Position numbers and translations under genes: made by a program. Below the pieces are notes generated by a model that worked only from the letters and a program-made list of their open reading frames with translations, was not told where the DNA came from and did no database searches. From Solirubrobacteraceae bacterium (GTDB taxonomy: Bacteria; Actinomycetota; Thermoleophilia; Solirubrobacterales; Solirubrobacteraceae): DNA of 64,000 nt. Shown in pieces: positions 21,923 to 31,061 of the stretch (its first letter is position 1; each line of letters opens with the position of its first letter). The stretch covers positions 2,791-66,790 of the forward strand of contig DATJTS010000034.1 in NCBI GenBank assembly GCA_035503035.1, written 5' to 3'.

Positions 21923-24900
21923 ATGGCGGGGATGAGGATGGGCGAGGGATTGCTGCTCCGGGGGGTGCGGTGGCGGCTGGGGCTGTCGCTGCTGACGGTG
22001 ATCACGGCCGCCGTCGCGGTCGCGACCGCGGTGCTCGGGCCGATGTACCTGCACACGGCGGGCGACTCGGTGCTGCGACGCGCCGTCGACTCGGCCGCGG
22101 TACAGACGCGCGGGGTGACGCTCACGCCGTACTACTCGCCGACTCGTCCGCTCCCGGTCGCCCGGCAGGCGCAGCGCATCGTCGAGCGCGAACCGGGTGC
22201 CGCGGACCTGTTCGGGGCGCCGATCACGACGGCCGTCGCCGGGATCCACCTCCACGAGGGCGGCGTCACGTACGCCTCCAACCTGCTCTTCCGGACTGGG
22301 GTCTGTGGGGCGCTGCACATCGTCCGGGGCAGCTGTCGCCTCGGTCATGACGACGCGGTGATGACCGCGCGCAGCGCGCGCCAGTTCCACGTCGGAGTCG
22401 GCGGGGCGCTCAAGGTGTGGATCAGCCGTCACGACAAGCTCCGCGTCCGGATCGCCGGGATCGTGGCCACCCCGGACCTCGCCGCCGCATACTGGTGGGG
22501 CCAGGGGCCCGGGGACTTCCCGTTCGGCACCGTCGCGCCCTCCCACGGCGGCGCCGAGCCGACCGATTCGCTGATCACCTCGCAGGCGACCGTGCTCTCC
22601 GCCGGTGCCCGCGCGGCGCCGGCGGTGACCGTCCAGCTGCCGGTCCGCCGCGGTAGCGTCGATCTCGCCGACCAGGCCGCGGTGACCCGCGATCTGAATG
22701 GGGCCAGCGCCGCTCTGCAGCCGCATCGTCTGCACCTCTCGACCGGCCTCGCGGGTCTGTTTGCGAACGCCGATCACCAGCGCCGGGTGATGGCAACGAT
22801 CGTGACCATCGCCGCCACCCAGCTGGTCGTGCTCGCGGTGTGGGTGCTCGGCAGCCTGCTCGTCCGCTCCGGCGACGCCCGCCGCGCGGAGGCGCGCGTC
22901 GCGCGGCTGCGCGGCTTCCCGGGTGCCTCGATGCTGTGGGTGACCGCGGCCGAGCCGGCGCTGCTGTGTCTGATCGGCGCGGTGCTCGGGGTCGCCGTCG
23001 CCTGGGCCGCGATGCTGGAGGCACGTCACCAGCTGTTCGTCGCGGGCGCCTCGGTCGGATTTGACGGCTGGACGATCGCGGCACTCGGGCTCACCGTGTG
23101 CGCGATCCTGGGCGCACTCGGCGTCGGCACGCTGCGGCTGCTGCGTTCCGCTGATCTCGGCGAGGGCGCGACGCGCCGGGCGCGCGGCGGCAGCTCGCTC
23201 CTCGGCATGATCACCGACGCGGCGCTCGTCGTGCTCGCGGTCGTCGCGCTCGTCGCGCTCGCCACGAGCGGCGCGCTGCGCGGGCACAGCGATCCACTCG
23301 CCTCCGTCGCTCCGGGCCTGATCGCGCTGGGCGTGGCGGTGCTCGGGGTGCAGCTGATCCTGTTCGCCTGCCGGATCGGCATCGCGGTGAGCGCCGGGTC
23401 ACGGCGGGTGGCGCCGTTCCTCGCGCTGCGCCAGATCGCCCGCCGGCCGGGCGTGCTGCGCCAGGCCCGGGTGCTCATCATCGCCCTCGCGCTCGCCTGC
23501 TTCGCCACCGCCGCCTGGTCGGTGGCGCGCACCAACCGCGAGACCGCTGCTCGCTTCCAGGTCGGCGCGCGCACCGTCGTCGGGGTCGCGCCCACGAGCC
23601 CAGGGACGCTCGAGGCAGCGGTCGCGCGGGTCGACCCGCGCGGGCGCTTCGCGATGGCGGTCGCCGACCTGCGCACCCCGAGCGCGACTCTGGTCGGGGT
23701 CGAGGCCTCGCGACTGCGCGCCGTCGCTGCCTGGCCGCGTCCCATCTCCACCCGGGGAGTGGCGGCGCTGAAGCGCGCAATCGACCCCTCGCTGCCGGCG
23801 GCCGTCGAACTCCCCGAGGCGCCCGTGCAGGTGACGGCTCGCGTCAGCGCCACCGGCCAGACCGCGGCCCGGCTGGGCGACCTCGATCTGTCGATGTGGG
23901 TGTTCAGCCCGAGCGGGGGCTCGGGCATCGTCGACCTCGGCCCGCTGCATCCCGGCACGTTCACCTACCGCGCCAGCCTGACGGGTCTGTGCTCGAGCGG
24001 CTGCCGGATGAGCGGACTGGGCGCGCTGCCCGCCATCGGCCGGCCCGGTCCCTTGAATGGGTCGGCGCACCTGGTGGTGACGCAGATCGCCTCACGGCTG
24101 GGCGGCGACGGTGCGCTGCGCGTCGCCTCCGCCCACCTGTCGGCGAGCGCCTGGCGCTCCGACCTCCCGGGCGTCTCGGTCGACTCGAGTGCGGGCGGAG
24201 GTTTGTCGCTCACCGTCTCGGCGGCCGCGATGGCGGGCGACGCGGGCGGGACGGGATCGACGACCGGGCCGATGGCCGCCCCGGACGACGCACCCGCCAC
24301 GCTGCCCGCCGTCGTCACCAGGCAGCTCGCCTCCGTCAACGCCGCCAGCGGAAGCTCGTTCTCCACCAGCGGCCTGGACGGCAACTCGATCACCGTGCGC
24401 CCGGTCGCCTTCGCCTCCGCGCTGCCGCGGATCGGGGCCGACGCCGCACTGCTCGACCTCGACCTGCTCTCCAACGTCCAGACCGCACCAACCGATCCCG
24501 GGCTCGCCGATGAGGTGTGGCTCGGACCGCGCGCCCCGCGCGACGCGGTCGCCAGGCTCCGCGCCGCCGGCTTGTCCCCGACGACGATCGAGCACGCATC
24601 GACGGTGTTCACCCGGTTGCAGCACTCCGGGCCGGCGCTCGCGGACGACTTCCTGCTGGTGGCGACGCTCGCCGCACTGCTCGTCGCCGCGGTCAGCACG
24701 CTCAGCTCGTTCGGTGCCACCACCCGCGAGCGCGCCACCGAGCTCACCTCGCTCGAGGTCGCCGGCGTCCCGCGCTCGACGCTCGTCGCCTCGCTCGTGC
24801 TCGAGTCCGTGATCCTGGTGCTCACCGCGCTGTGCGGAGCGGGCGCCGGCATCGTCGCCGCGCTGCTGGCGATCCCCGCGCTGCCCGAGCTCACCTCGAG

Positions 24901-25066
24901 CACGCTCGCCCCGCTGCGCTACGCCCTGCCGGGTCCGACGATCGCCGCCGTCGCGGTCGCCGTGCTGCTGCTCGTCGCGCTCGCGGCGGCCGCCGTCGCG
25001 GTCGTCCTGGTCCGCCGCATGACCCCGATCCTGCTCCGCACCGCGCCCGACGATGTCGCCGGCTGA
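21923..25066 (+). CDS. FtsX/MacB-like ABC transporter permease (double-length)
   Basis: Two TM clusters with RR.E...ARLRG and RATEL.SLEVAG motifs, large extracytoplasmic domains; followed by two ATPases. Confidence 0.8.
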   Translation: MAGMRMGEGLLLRGVRWRLGLSLLTVITAAVAVATAVLGPMYLHTAGDSVLRRAVDSAAVQTRGVTLTPYYSPTRPLPVARQAQRIVEREPGAADLFGAPITTAVAGIHLHEGGVTYASNLLFRTGVCGALHIVRGSCRLGHDDAVMTARSARQFHVGVGGALKVWISRHDKLRVRIAGIVATPDLAAAYWWGQGPGDFPFGTVAPSHGGAEPTDSLITSQATVLSAGARAAPAVTVQLPVRRGSVDLADQAAVTRDLNGASAALQPHRLHLSTGLAGLFANADHQRRVMATIVTIAATQLVVLAVWVLGSLLVRSGDARRAEARVARLRGFPGASMLWVTAAEPALLCLIGAVLGVAVAWAAMLEARHQLFVAGASVGFDGWTIAALGLTVCAILGALGVGTLRLLRSADLGEGATRRARGGSSLLGMITDAALVVLAVVALVALATSGALRGHSDPLASVAPGLIALGVAVLGVQLILFACRIGIAVSAGSRRVAPFLALRQIARRPGVLRQARVLIIALALACFATAAWSVARTNRETAARFQVGARTVVGVAPTSPGTLEAAVARVDPRGRFAMAVADLRTPSATLVGVEASRLRAVAAWPRPISTRGVAALKRAIDPSLPAAVELPEAPVQVTARVSATGQTAARLGDLDLSMWVFSPSGGSGIVDLGPLHPGTFTYRASLTGLCSSGCRMSGLGALPAIGRPGPLNGSAHLVVTQIASRLGGDGALRVASAHLSASAWRSDLPGVSVDSSAGGGLSLTVSAAAMAGDAGGTGSTTGPMAAPDDAPATLPAVVTRQLASVNAASGSSFSTSGLDGNSITVRPVAFASALPRIGADAALLDLDLLSNVQTAPTDPGLADEVWLGPRAPRDAVARLRAAGLSPTTIEHASTVFTRLQHSGPALADDFLLVATLAALLVAAVSTLSSFGATTRERATELTSLEVAGVPRSTLVASLVLESVILVLTALCGAGAGIVAALLAIPALPELTSSTLAPLRYALPGPTIAAVAVAVLLLVALAAAAVAVVLVRRMTPILLRTAPDDVAG

Positions 25067-25958
25067 GGCACTCGTCCCGGAACGCGCGCCCGGCGCCGAG
25101 GTCGTGTGCGCCGGGGTCGTGCACGTCTACCAGGGCGAGGAGACGCCGATCGTCGCGCTGCGCAACGTCGAGTTACACGTCCGCGCCGGCGAGATGCTCG
25201 CGGTCATCGGACCGTCGGGCTCGGGCAAATCCACACTGCTGGCGCTGCTCGGGGGCCTGCTTCAGCCGACCGCCGGCGCGATCATCGTTGGCGAGCACAA
25301 CATGGCCAGGCTCGACGCGCGCGGACTCGGACGGCTGCGCGCGACGGAACTCGCGCTGCTGCTGCAGGACCCGCTGCAGAACCTGTTGCCGTACGCGACG
25401 TCGCTGGAGAACATCGCATTCGCTCAGCGGGGCGCGCAGCGGCGCGGGTGGCCGCTGCGCTGGACCGGCGAGGAGCTGATCGAGACGTTCGGGCTCGGTT
25501 CGGTGGGGAGGCGACCGGTCCACCAGATCTCGGGTGGCGAGCAGCAGCGGGTCGCGATCGCGTCGGCGATGGCAACCTCTCCCCGGGTGCTGCTTGCCGA
25601 CGAGCCGACCGCGCGCCTGGACCGCGTCGGCCGTGACGCGGTGATCGAGAACCTCCGGCGCGCCCACGAGTTGAGCGGCGCGACGATCATCATCGTCACC
25701 CACGACACGACCCTGGCCGAGTCGCTGCCGCGCACGCTCGGAATCTCGCAGGGTGTCGTCGGGTCCGAGCGGCGCGCCGGGCGCCGGTTCGCCGTCGCCG
25801 GGCGCGACGGCTCCGTCCAGCTGCCCGCCGAGATCGCCTCGCGCTTCCCGGCGGGCACCGTGTTCTCGGTCACCATGGAAGAGGAGGAGACGGTCAGGCT
25901 GCAGGCCGAGACCGGCCTGGACGAGGACTTCCCGAGCCACCCGGAGGCGTCCTCATGA
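25053..25958 (+). CDS. ABC transporter ATP-binding protein with C-terminal extension
   Basis: [27 protein letters not shown]; C-terminal DGSVQLP segment. Confidence 0.9.
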   Translation: MSPAEALVPERAPGAEVVCAGVVHVYQGEETPIVALRNVELHVRAGEMLAVIGPSGSGKSTLLALLGGLLQPTAGAIIVGEHNMARLDARGLGRLRATELALLLQDPLQNLLPYATSLENIAFAQRGAQRRGWPLRWTGEELIETFGLGSVGRRPVHQISGGEQQRVAIASAMATSPRVLLADEPTARLDRVGRDAVIENLRRAHELSGATIIIVTHDTTLAESLPRTLGISQGVVGSERRAGRRFAVAGRDGSVQLPAEIASRFPAGTVFSVTMEEEETVRLQAETGLDEDFPSHPEASS

Positions 25959-26593
25959 GCATCGCTGAGCTCCGCGGCAAGGCGCTGGAGGTCCGCAGCG
26001 GCGATGAGATCATCCTCTCCGGCCTCGAGGTGGTGGCGCGCGCCGGGGAGTCGCTGGCGATCCACGGACCGTCGGCGTCGGGCAAGACGAGCCTGCTCTA
26101 CGCGCTCGGCGGCCTGGCGCCACTGGCGGGTGGCCGGTTGGAGATCGACGGCCGGCCGGTCGTGCCCTGGCGCGATGTCGAGACGGGGATCGTGCTTCAG
26201 AATCTCTGCCTGGTGCCGATGCTCAGCGCCGCCGAGACGGTCGCGCTGCCGATGCAGTCAGCGGGCGGCGCCGCGAGGGCGGAGATCACAGCGCGCGCCC
26301 AGGCGGCGCTGGAACGGCTCGGTCTCGCCGACCATGCAGCGCAGTTGGTGGGCACGCTGTCGGGTGGGCAGCGCCAGAGGGTGGCGGTGGCGCGCGCACT
26401 GGCCTCCGAGCCGGATCTGATCCTCGCCGACGAGCCGACCTCGGCGCTTGACGATCACTGGCGCGAGGTCGTGCTCGGCGAGCTCAGCGTCCAGGCCACG
26501 CGCGGCGCGATCGTCGTGCTCGCCAGCGGCGACGAGGGCGTTGTGGCGAGGTGTGACCACGTGCTCGAGCTCGAGCCCTCGGTCGCGCACTGA
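25955..26593 (+). CDS. ABC transporter ATP-binding protein
   Basis: [23 protein letters not shown]. Confidence 0.88.
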   Translation: MSIAELRGKALEVRSGDEIILSGLEVVARAGESLAIHGPSASGKTSLLYALGGLAPLAGGRLEIDGRPVVPWRDVETGIVLQNLCLVPMLSAAETVALPMQSAGGAARAEITARAQAALERLGLADHAAQLVGTLSGGQRQRVAVARALASEPDLILADEPTSALDDHWREVVLGELSVQATRGAIVVLASGDEGVVARCDHVLELEPSVAH

Positions 26594-26596
26594 GGC

Positions 26597-28039
26597 TCAC
26601 GCCTCGATCGCCTCGGCCTCGCGCTCAGGCGGGTCCGCGGCCTGCGGGACCGGACCGAGGCTGATCTTCGGCACGAGCAGGCTCGCGAGGACGCAGACGA
26701 CGAGGAACGCCGTCGCCATCACGAACGTGTCGGTGAAGCCGGTGACGGTCGGCAGCCCGTGGGCGAGGTGATCGGCGAGGAACGTCGCCGACAACTGACC
26801 GCCCAGGGCGCCGCCCAGCGTCCGCATCACGGTGTTCATGCCGCTCGCCACGCCGCTCTGATGCGGCGGCACCGCGCCGATGATGAGCGTCCCGAGCGCG
26901 GCGAACGAGAGCCCGATGCCGAGCCCGAGCAGCCCGGCGAAGATGAGGAAGTCGTAGGGGTGCCGGTGGGCGACGATCAGCAGTCCGAACGCCGCGGCGC
27001 TGATCACGCCGCCGGTGACCAGCGAGAATCGCGAGCCGAACCGGGCCGAGATCCTGCCGGCGAGCATTCCCATCACGAACATGGTGGCGGTGCTTGGCAG
27101 CAGGTAGAGGCCGGAGAGCACCACCGAGGCGCCGAAGCCGAAGCCGGTCGAGCGCGGCAGCTGCACGAACTGCGGGATCACAATGAACGACGAGTACATC
27201 CCGGCGCCGAGCAGGAACGCCGCGAGGTTGGTCGTCCAGACGCCCCGCACCCGCATCATCTCCATGTCGACGAGCGGCTGCCGGCTGCGGGCCTCCCAGC
27301 CGACCCACACCGCGCACACGACGAGGCCCGCGGCGAGCAGCCCGATCGCCCGCGCCGATCCCCAGCCCCAGCTGGTCGTCTCGCTGATCGCGATCAGGGT
27401 CATGGTGATCCCAGCGGTCATCAGGCCGGCCGCGACCCAGTTGACGCTGCCCGGCGTGCGCACCGGGGACTCGGGCACGAGCCGCCAGGTGAGCAATGCC
27501 GAGCACGCGAGCACGATCAGCGGAATCCAGAAGAGCCAGTGGTAGTCGAGGTGCTGGATGATCACCCCCGCGAGCACGATCCCGATCCCGCCGCCGATGC
27601 CGAGCAGTGCGGAGAGCAGACCGATGGACCCGGCCACCTTCTCCCGGGGGAACTCATCGCGGACGATCCCCATCGCCAGCGGGAAGATGCCGCCCCCCGC
27701 GCCCTGGATCACGCGAGCGAGGATCAACAGCCACAGCGAGCTCGCCAGCGCGGCGACGAGCGTTCCGGCCATGAGCAGGACGAGCGTGACCAGCAGCAGC
27801 TTCTCCTTGCCGTACATGTCGCCGAGCCGGCCGAGGATCGAGGTCGCGACCGATGCCGAGAGCAGGTAGCCGGTGAGGAGCCAGGCGATCCCGGTCTCCG
27901 AGGCGCCGACCGCGTGCTGGATCGACGGCAGCGCGGGGACGACGGCCGAGCTGAGCATCGCGTATGCGAGCCCCGCCAGGCTGAGGACGAGCAGCGTGAC
28001 GTTGGGGTGCGCGCGGTGCTGATCGTCCGATGCCACCAT
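26597..28039 (-). CDS. MFS transporter (14-TM DHA2-like)
   Basis: GRLGDMYGK motif A, ARVIQGAG, ASGMN..MRTLGGALG. Confidence 0.92.
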   Translation of the reverse strand: MVASDDQHRAHPNVTLLVLSLAGLAYAMLSSAVVPALPSIQHAVGASETGIAWLLTGYLLSASVATSILGRLGDMYGKEKLLLVTLVLLMAGTLVAALASSLWLLILARVIQGAGGGIFPLAMGIVRDEFPREKVAGSIGLLSALLGIGGGIGIVLAGVIIQHLDYHWLFWIPLIVLACSALLTWRLVPESPVRTPGSVNWVAAGLMTAGITMTLIAISETTSWGWGSARAIGLLAAGLVVCAVWVGWEARSRQPLVDMEMMRVRGVWTTNLAAFLLGAGMYSSFIVIPQFVQLPRSTGFGFGASVVLSGLYLLPSTATMFVMGMLAGRISARFGSRFSLVTGGVISAAAFGLLIVAHRHPYDFLIFAGLLGLGIGLSFAALGTLIIGAVPPHQSGVASGMNTVMRTLGGALGGQLSATFLADHLAHGLPTVTGFTDTFVMATAFLVVCVLASLLVPKISLGPVPQAADPPEREAEAIEA

Positions 28040-28050
28040 GGCGAGCTGGA

Positions 28051-28494
28051 TTATCCGGGTGGCGTCTGTGCCGCGTCACCCCAACCGGTGGCCACGATCG
28101 TGCGCGGGCCGCCGCGGTTACGGTGCTCGCAGAGATAGACGCCCTGCCAGGTGCCGAGCGCCGGCCGTCCGCCGTTGATCGGCAGCGTCAGCGTCGGCCC
28201 GAGCAGCGCCGCCTTGATGTGCGCCGGCATGTCGTCGGCCCCCTCGAGCGTGTGCGTCCAGTAACGCGCATCCTCCGGCACCGCCTGGTTGAACCATGTC
28301 TCGAAGTCGTGGCGAACGTCGGGCGAGGCGTTCTCGGAGAGGGCGAGCGAGGCGGAGGTGTGCTGGATGAGCAGGTGAAGCATCCCGACCTCCATCTCCT
28401 GGAGCTCGGGCAGCGCACTCAGGAGCTCGCGCGTCACCAGGTGGAACCCGCGTGGCCGGGGGTCGAACGTGATCGCGCGCTGGACCCACATCAC
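28051..28494 (-). CDS. YjbQ/UPF0047 family protein
   Basis: HTSASL..ENA.PDV, EGADDMPAHIK, LGTWQGVYLCEHR. Confidence 0.92.
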   Translation of the reverse strand: MMWVQRAITFDPRPRGFHLVTRELLSALPELQEMEVGMLHLLIQHTSASLALSENASPDVRHDFETWFNQAVPEDARYWTHTLEGADDMPAHIKAALLGPTLTLPINGGRPALGTWQGVYLCEHRNRGGPRTIVATGWGDAAQTPPG

Positions 28495-28826
28495 GCCGGC
28501 TCCTCCCCGAACACGACCATTCGCGCGATCCCCATGTTCACACGGCTGCCATGGAACGGGACTCCTTCGCGATCGAGCAGCCGGCGCTGGCGGTCACCCT
28601 TGGCCAGCGAGCCGTCGGCGCGCACGATCCGGTGCCAGGGGACCGATGGGTCCTGGCAGCCGGAGAGCACCGTCCCCGCCAGCCGTGGCGCACCTGGCGA
28701 AATGTCGCCGTAGGTCCGCACGAACCCCTCCGGGACCGCGCGGACACGGTCGAGGATCGCCCGGGCGCGCTCGTCCGAGGGGAGCACCCGCACGCGACCT
28801 GGCCGTGCGCCTGCGGTTCCGCTCAC
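28491..28826 (-). CDS. alkyltransferase-like (ATL/MGMT family) protein
   Basis: VP.G.V.TYGDI, PRLAG, PWHRIV (Trp in place of catalytic Cys), QRRLL..EG. Confidence 0.85.
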   Translation of the reverse strand: MSGTAGARPGRVRVLPSDERARAILDRVRAVPEGFVRTYGDISPGAPRLAGTVLSGCQDPSVPWHRIVRADGSLAKGDRQRRLLDREGVPFHGSRVNMGIARMVVFGEEPA

Positions 28827-29746
28827 GGCAGCAGCACGATCTTGCCGCGGGTGTGGCCCTGGGCGAGCTCCTGGTAGGCGGCCGCGACCTGGTCCAGCGG
28901 GAAGGTCGCTTCGATCGGCACCTCCAGCTTGCCGGCGACGATCAGCCCGGCGAGCTCGGCGAGCACCGCAGCGCTCGCGCCGGCCGCGTTGCCCTCCCCC
29001 TTGACCCCGCGCGTCCCGATCGCCTCGAAGTCCGCGATCGTGTCCACGCGATCGGGCGTGACGCCGAGCTCGTCGAGCGCGAGCGCGACGTAGCCCGATC
29101 CGACGAGGTCGATGAACGCGTCGACCCCGTCCGGGGCGGCCTCACGGATGCGGCCGACGACACCATCCCCGTAGGCGACGGGGACGACTCCGTGCTCCCG
29201 CAGCCAATCGTGGTGGCGCTCCGAGGCCAGGCCGATGACACGGGCGCCGGTGTGCACGGCGAGCTGGACGGTGAAGACGCCCACGCCGCCGGCCGCACCC
29301 GCGACGACCACCGTGTCCCCCTCGGCCGCCCCCACCGCGCGGACCGCCGCCCAGGCGGTGGCACCGGCGACGAACAGCGCCCCCGCGACCTCCCAGGGGA
29401 GCTCAGGCGGCTTGCGAGTGAGGTTGGCGCGCTCGATCACGACCAGCTCGGCGTGGCTCGAGCGCTCGTCGCTCCAGCCGATCACGTCCTCGCCCACCGA
29501 GAAGCCCTCCACATCCGGCCCGAGCGCCTCTATCACGCCCGCCACATCTGATCCCTCCCCGCTCGGGAACGTCGCCGGCCAGCGCTCGGCCAGCGCACCT
29601 TCGCGGATCTTGGCCTCCCCCGGGTTGATCGACGTCGCCTTGACGCGGACGAGCACCTGCCCCTCCCCCGGCACCGGGTCGTCGACGTCGACGACTCTCA
29701 GAACATCGATCCCGCCGTACTCATCGAACCTCACCGCGCGTGACAT
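28823..29746 (-). CDS. NADP-dependent oxidoreductase (MDR/quinone oxidoreductase family)
   Basis: INPGEAKIREG, GSDVAG, GAAGGVG, RGKIVL. Confidence 0.9.
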   Translation of the reverse strand: MSRAVRFDEYGGIDVLRVVDVDDPVPGEGQVLVRVKATSINPGEAKIREGALAERWPATFPSGEGSDVAGVIEALGPDVEGFSVGEDVIGWSDERSSHAELVVIERANLTRKPPELPWEVAGALFVAGATAWAAVRAVGAAEGDTVVVAGAAGGVGVFTVQLAVHTGARVIGLASERHHDWLREHGVVPVAYGDGVVGRIREAAPDGVDAFIDLVGSGYVALALDELGVTPDRVDTIADFEAIGTRGVKGEGNAAGASAAVLAELAGLIVAGKLEVPIEATFPLDQVAAAYQELAQGHTRGKIVLLP

Positions 29747-29928
29747 GCCGGCTCCCTTTTGCCCGTGATTGCTGATCGGATCTACGCGTTCCAGGCTATT
29801 CCTGCTTCGTGGGCGGAATCTTGCAGGCAGGCGCGGAAACGGGGTCCGTCCGGAAGCGGTTGGTACGGTTGACCGCGGCCCTGGGGGTTCTCGATAGCCG
29901 CCGGTTCCGCCGAGAGTCCCGCCGCCAC

Positions 29929-31053
29929 ATGCGTTCACACGTCCCGCATCCCCCGCGCTCAGCGCTCGTTGCGCTGGGTGTTCTCACCGCCGCCGTCGTC
30001 GCGGCGTTGGTGATGCTCGTGCCGGTGCTGTCCCGTGCGGACGACCTGGGGACGTTGAAGTCGCAGCTCGGCGCCCAGCAGGCGCGCCAACGCGGGCTTG
30101 CCGGGTCGATCGGGCAGCTGAACCAGTCGATCTCGCGGCTCGACGGGCAGATCACCCTGGTTCGTTCTCGTGAGGCCACCGTCAACGCCGAGCTGGCGCG
30201 CCGCCGCGCCGAACTGGCGAGGGTCGGCGACGAGCTGACCGCCGAGCGGGCGCATCTACAGGTGTTGCGCCGCCGGCTCGCCGCGGCGAGGACACTGCTG
30301 GCCGCGCAGCTGCGCTCGGGCTATGAGACCGACCGCCCCGACCTGATGACCGTCGTGCTGAGCTCGCACGGATTCCAGAGCCTGCTCACCAAGCTGTCGT
30401 TCCTCGGCGACGCCCAGCATGCCCAGCAGCAGCTGATCACGATCACCGTCAGCGCCAAGCAGCAGGCCGCCGCCACCGCGAAGCGACTGGCCGCGCTGAA
30501 GCGCACCGATGCGCGCCTGACCCATGAGACCGCGGTCCAGGCCCGCGCACTGGCCGGCATGAATGCGCTGCTGGACTCCCGGGAGGCCGCGCTGTCCCGA
30601 GCACGGGCCGCTCAGAGCGCCGCGCTCGACGCCAGCCGCGCGACCAGCCAGCGCCTGCGGGGCCGAATCTCCGCAGTGGAGGCTGCGCAGCGCGCTGCCG
30701 CTCGGCGGGCCGCCGCGGCTGCGGCCGCCCGGGCCGCGGCTGCGGCTGCAGGAGCGAGCTCTGGCGGCGGTGGGGGCGGTGGGGGGACGTCGGCCGCGCC
30801 CTCTGGCGGTTGGGCGATCCCCGAGGCGATCGTGATGTGCGAGTCCGGCGGGCAGAACCTGCCGCCCAACAGCGCGGGCGCGTCGGGCTACTACCAGATC
30901 ATCCCGAGCACCTGGCGGCTGTTCGGCGGCACCGGGCCGGCCGCGTACCTCACCTCCCTGAGCGAGCAGAGCGCGGTCGCCTCGCGCATCTGGAACGGCG
31001 GCGCCGGCGCCTCGAACTGGGTGTGCGCGTCGATCGTCGGCATCACCCACTGA
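29929..31053 (+). CDS. secreted coiled-coil protein with C-terminal Rpf-like transglycosylase domain
   Basis: Signal/TM, long heptad coiled coil, then IVMCESGG..GYYQIIPSTW..EQ..VA..W.C. Confidence 0.88.
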   Translation: MRSHVPHPPRSALVALGVLTAAVVAALVMLVPVLSRADDLGTLKSQLGAQQARQRGLAGSIGQLNQSISRLDGQITLVRSREATVNAELARRRAELARVGDELTAERAHLQVLRRRLAAARTLLAAQLRSGYETDRPDLMTVVLSSHGFQSLLTKLSFLGDAQHAQQQLITITVSAKQQAAATAKRLAALKRTDARLTHETAVQARALAGMNALLDSREAALSRARAAQSAALDASRATSQRLRGRISAVEAAQRAAARRAAAAAAARAAAAAAGASSGGGGGGGGTSAAPSGGWAIPEAIVMCESGGQNLPPNSAGASGYYQIIPSTWRLFGGTGPAAYLTSLSEQSAVASRIWNGGAGASNWVCASIVGITH

Positions 31054-31061
31054 GAGCTCCT

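Noticed and set aside
28491-28826. PWHR instead of PCHR read as a pseudogene signal
   Set aside because: This is the established signature of alkyltransferase-like proteins.
29790-29928. c-di-AMP (ydaO) riboswitch before the Rpf-like gene
   Set aside because: Only a loose GAAUC...GGAAACGGGG resemblance; the GGGUGAAU and ACCCGUCAGCUAAC hallmarks are absent.
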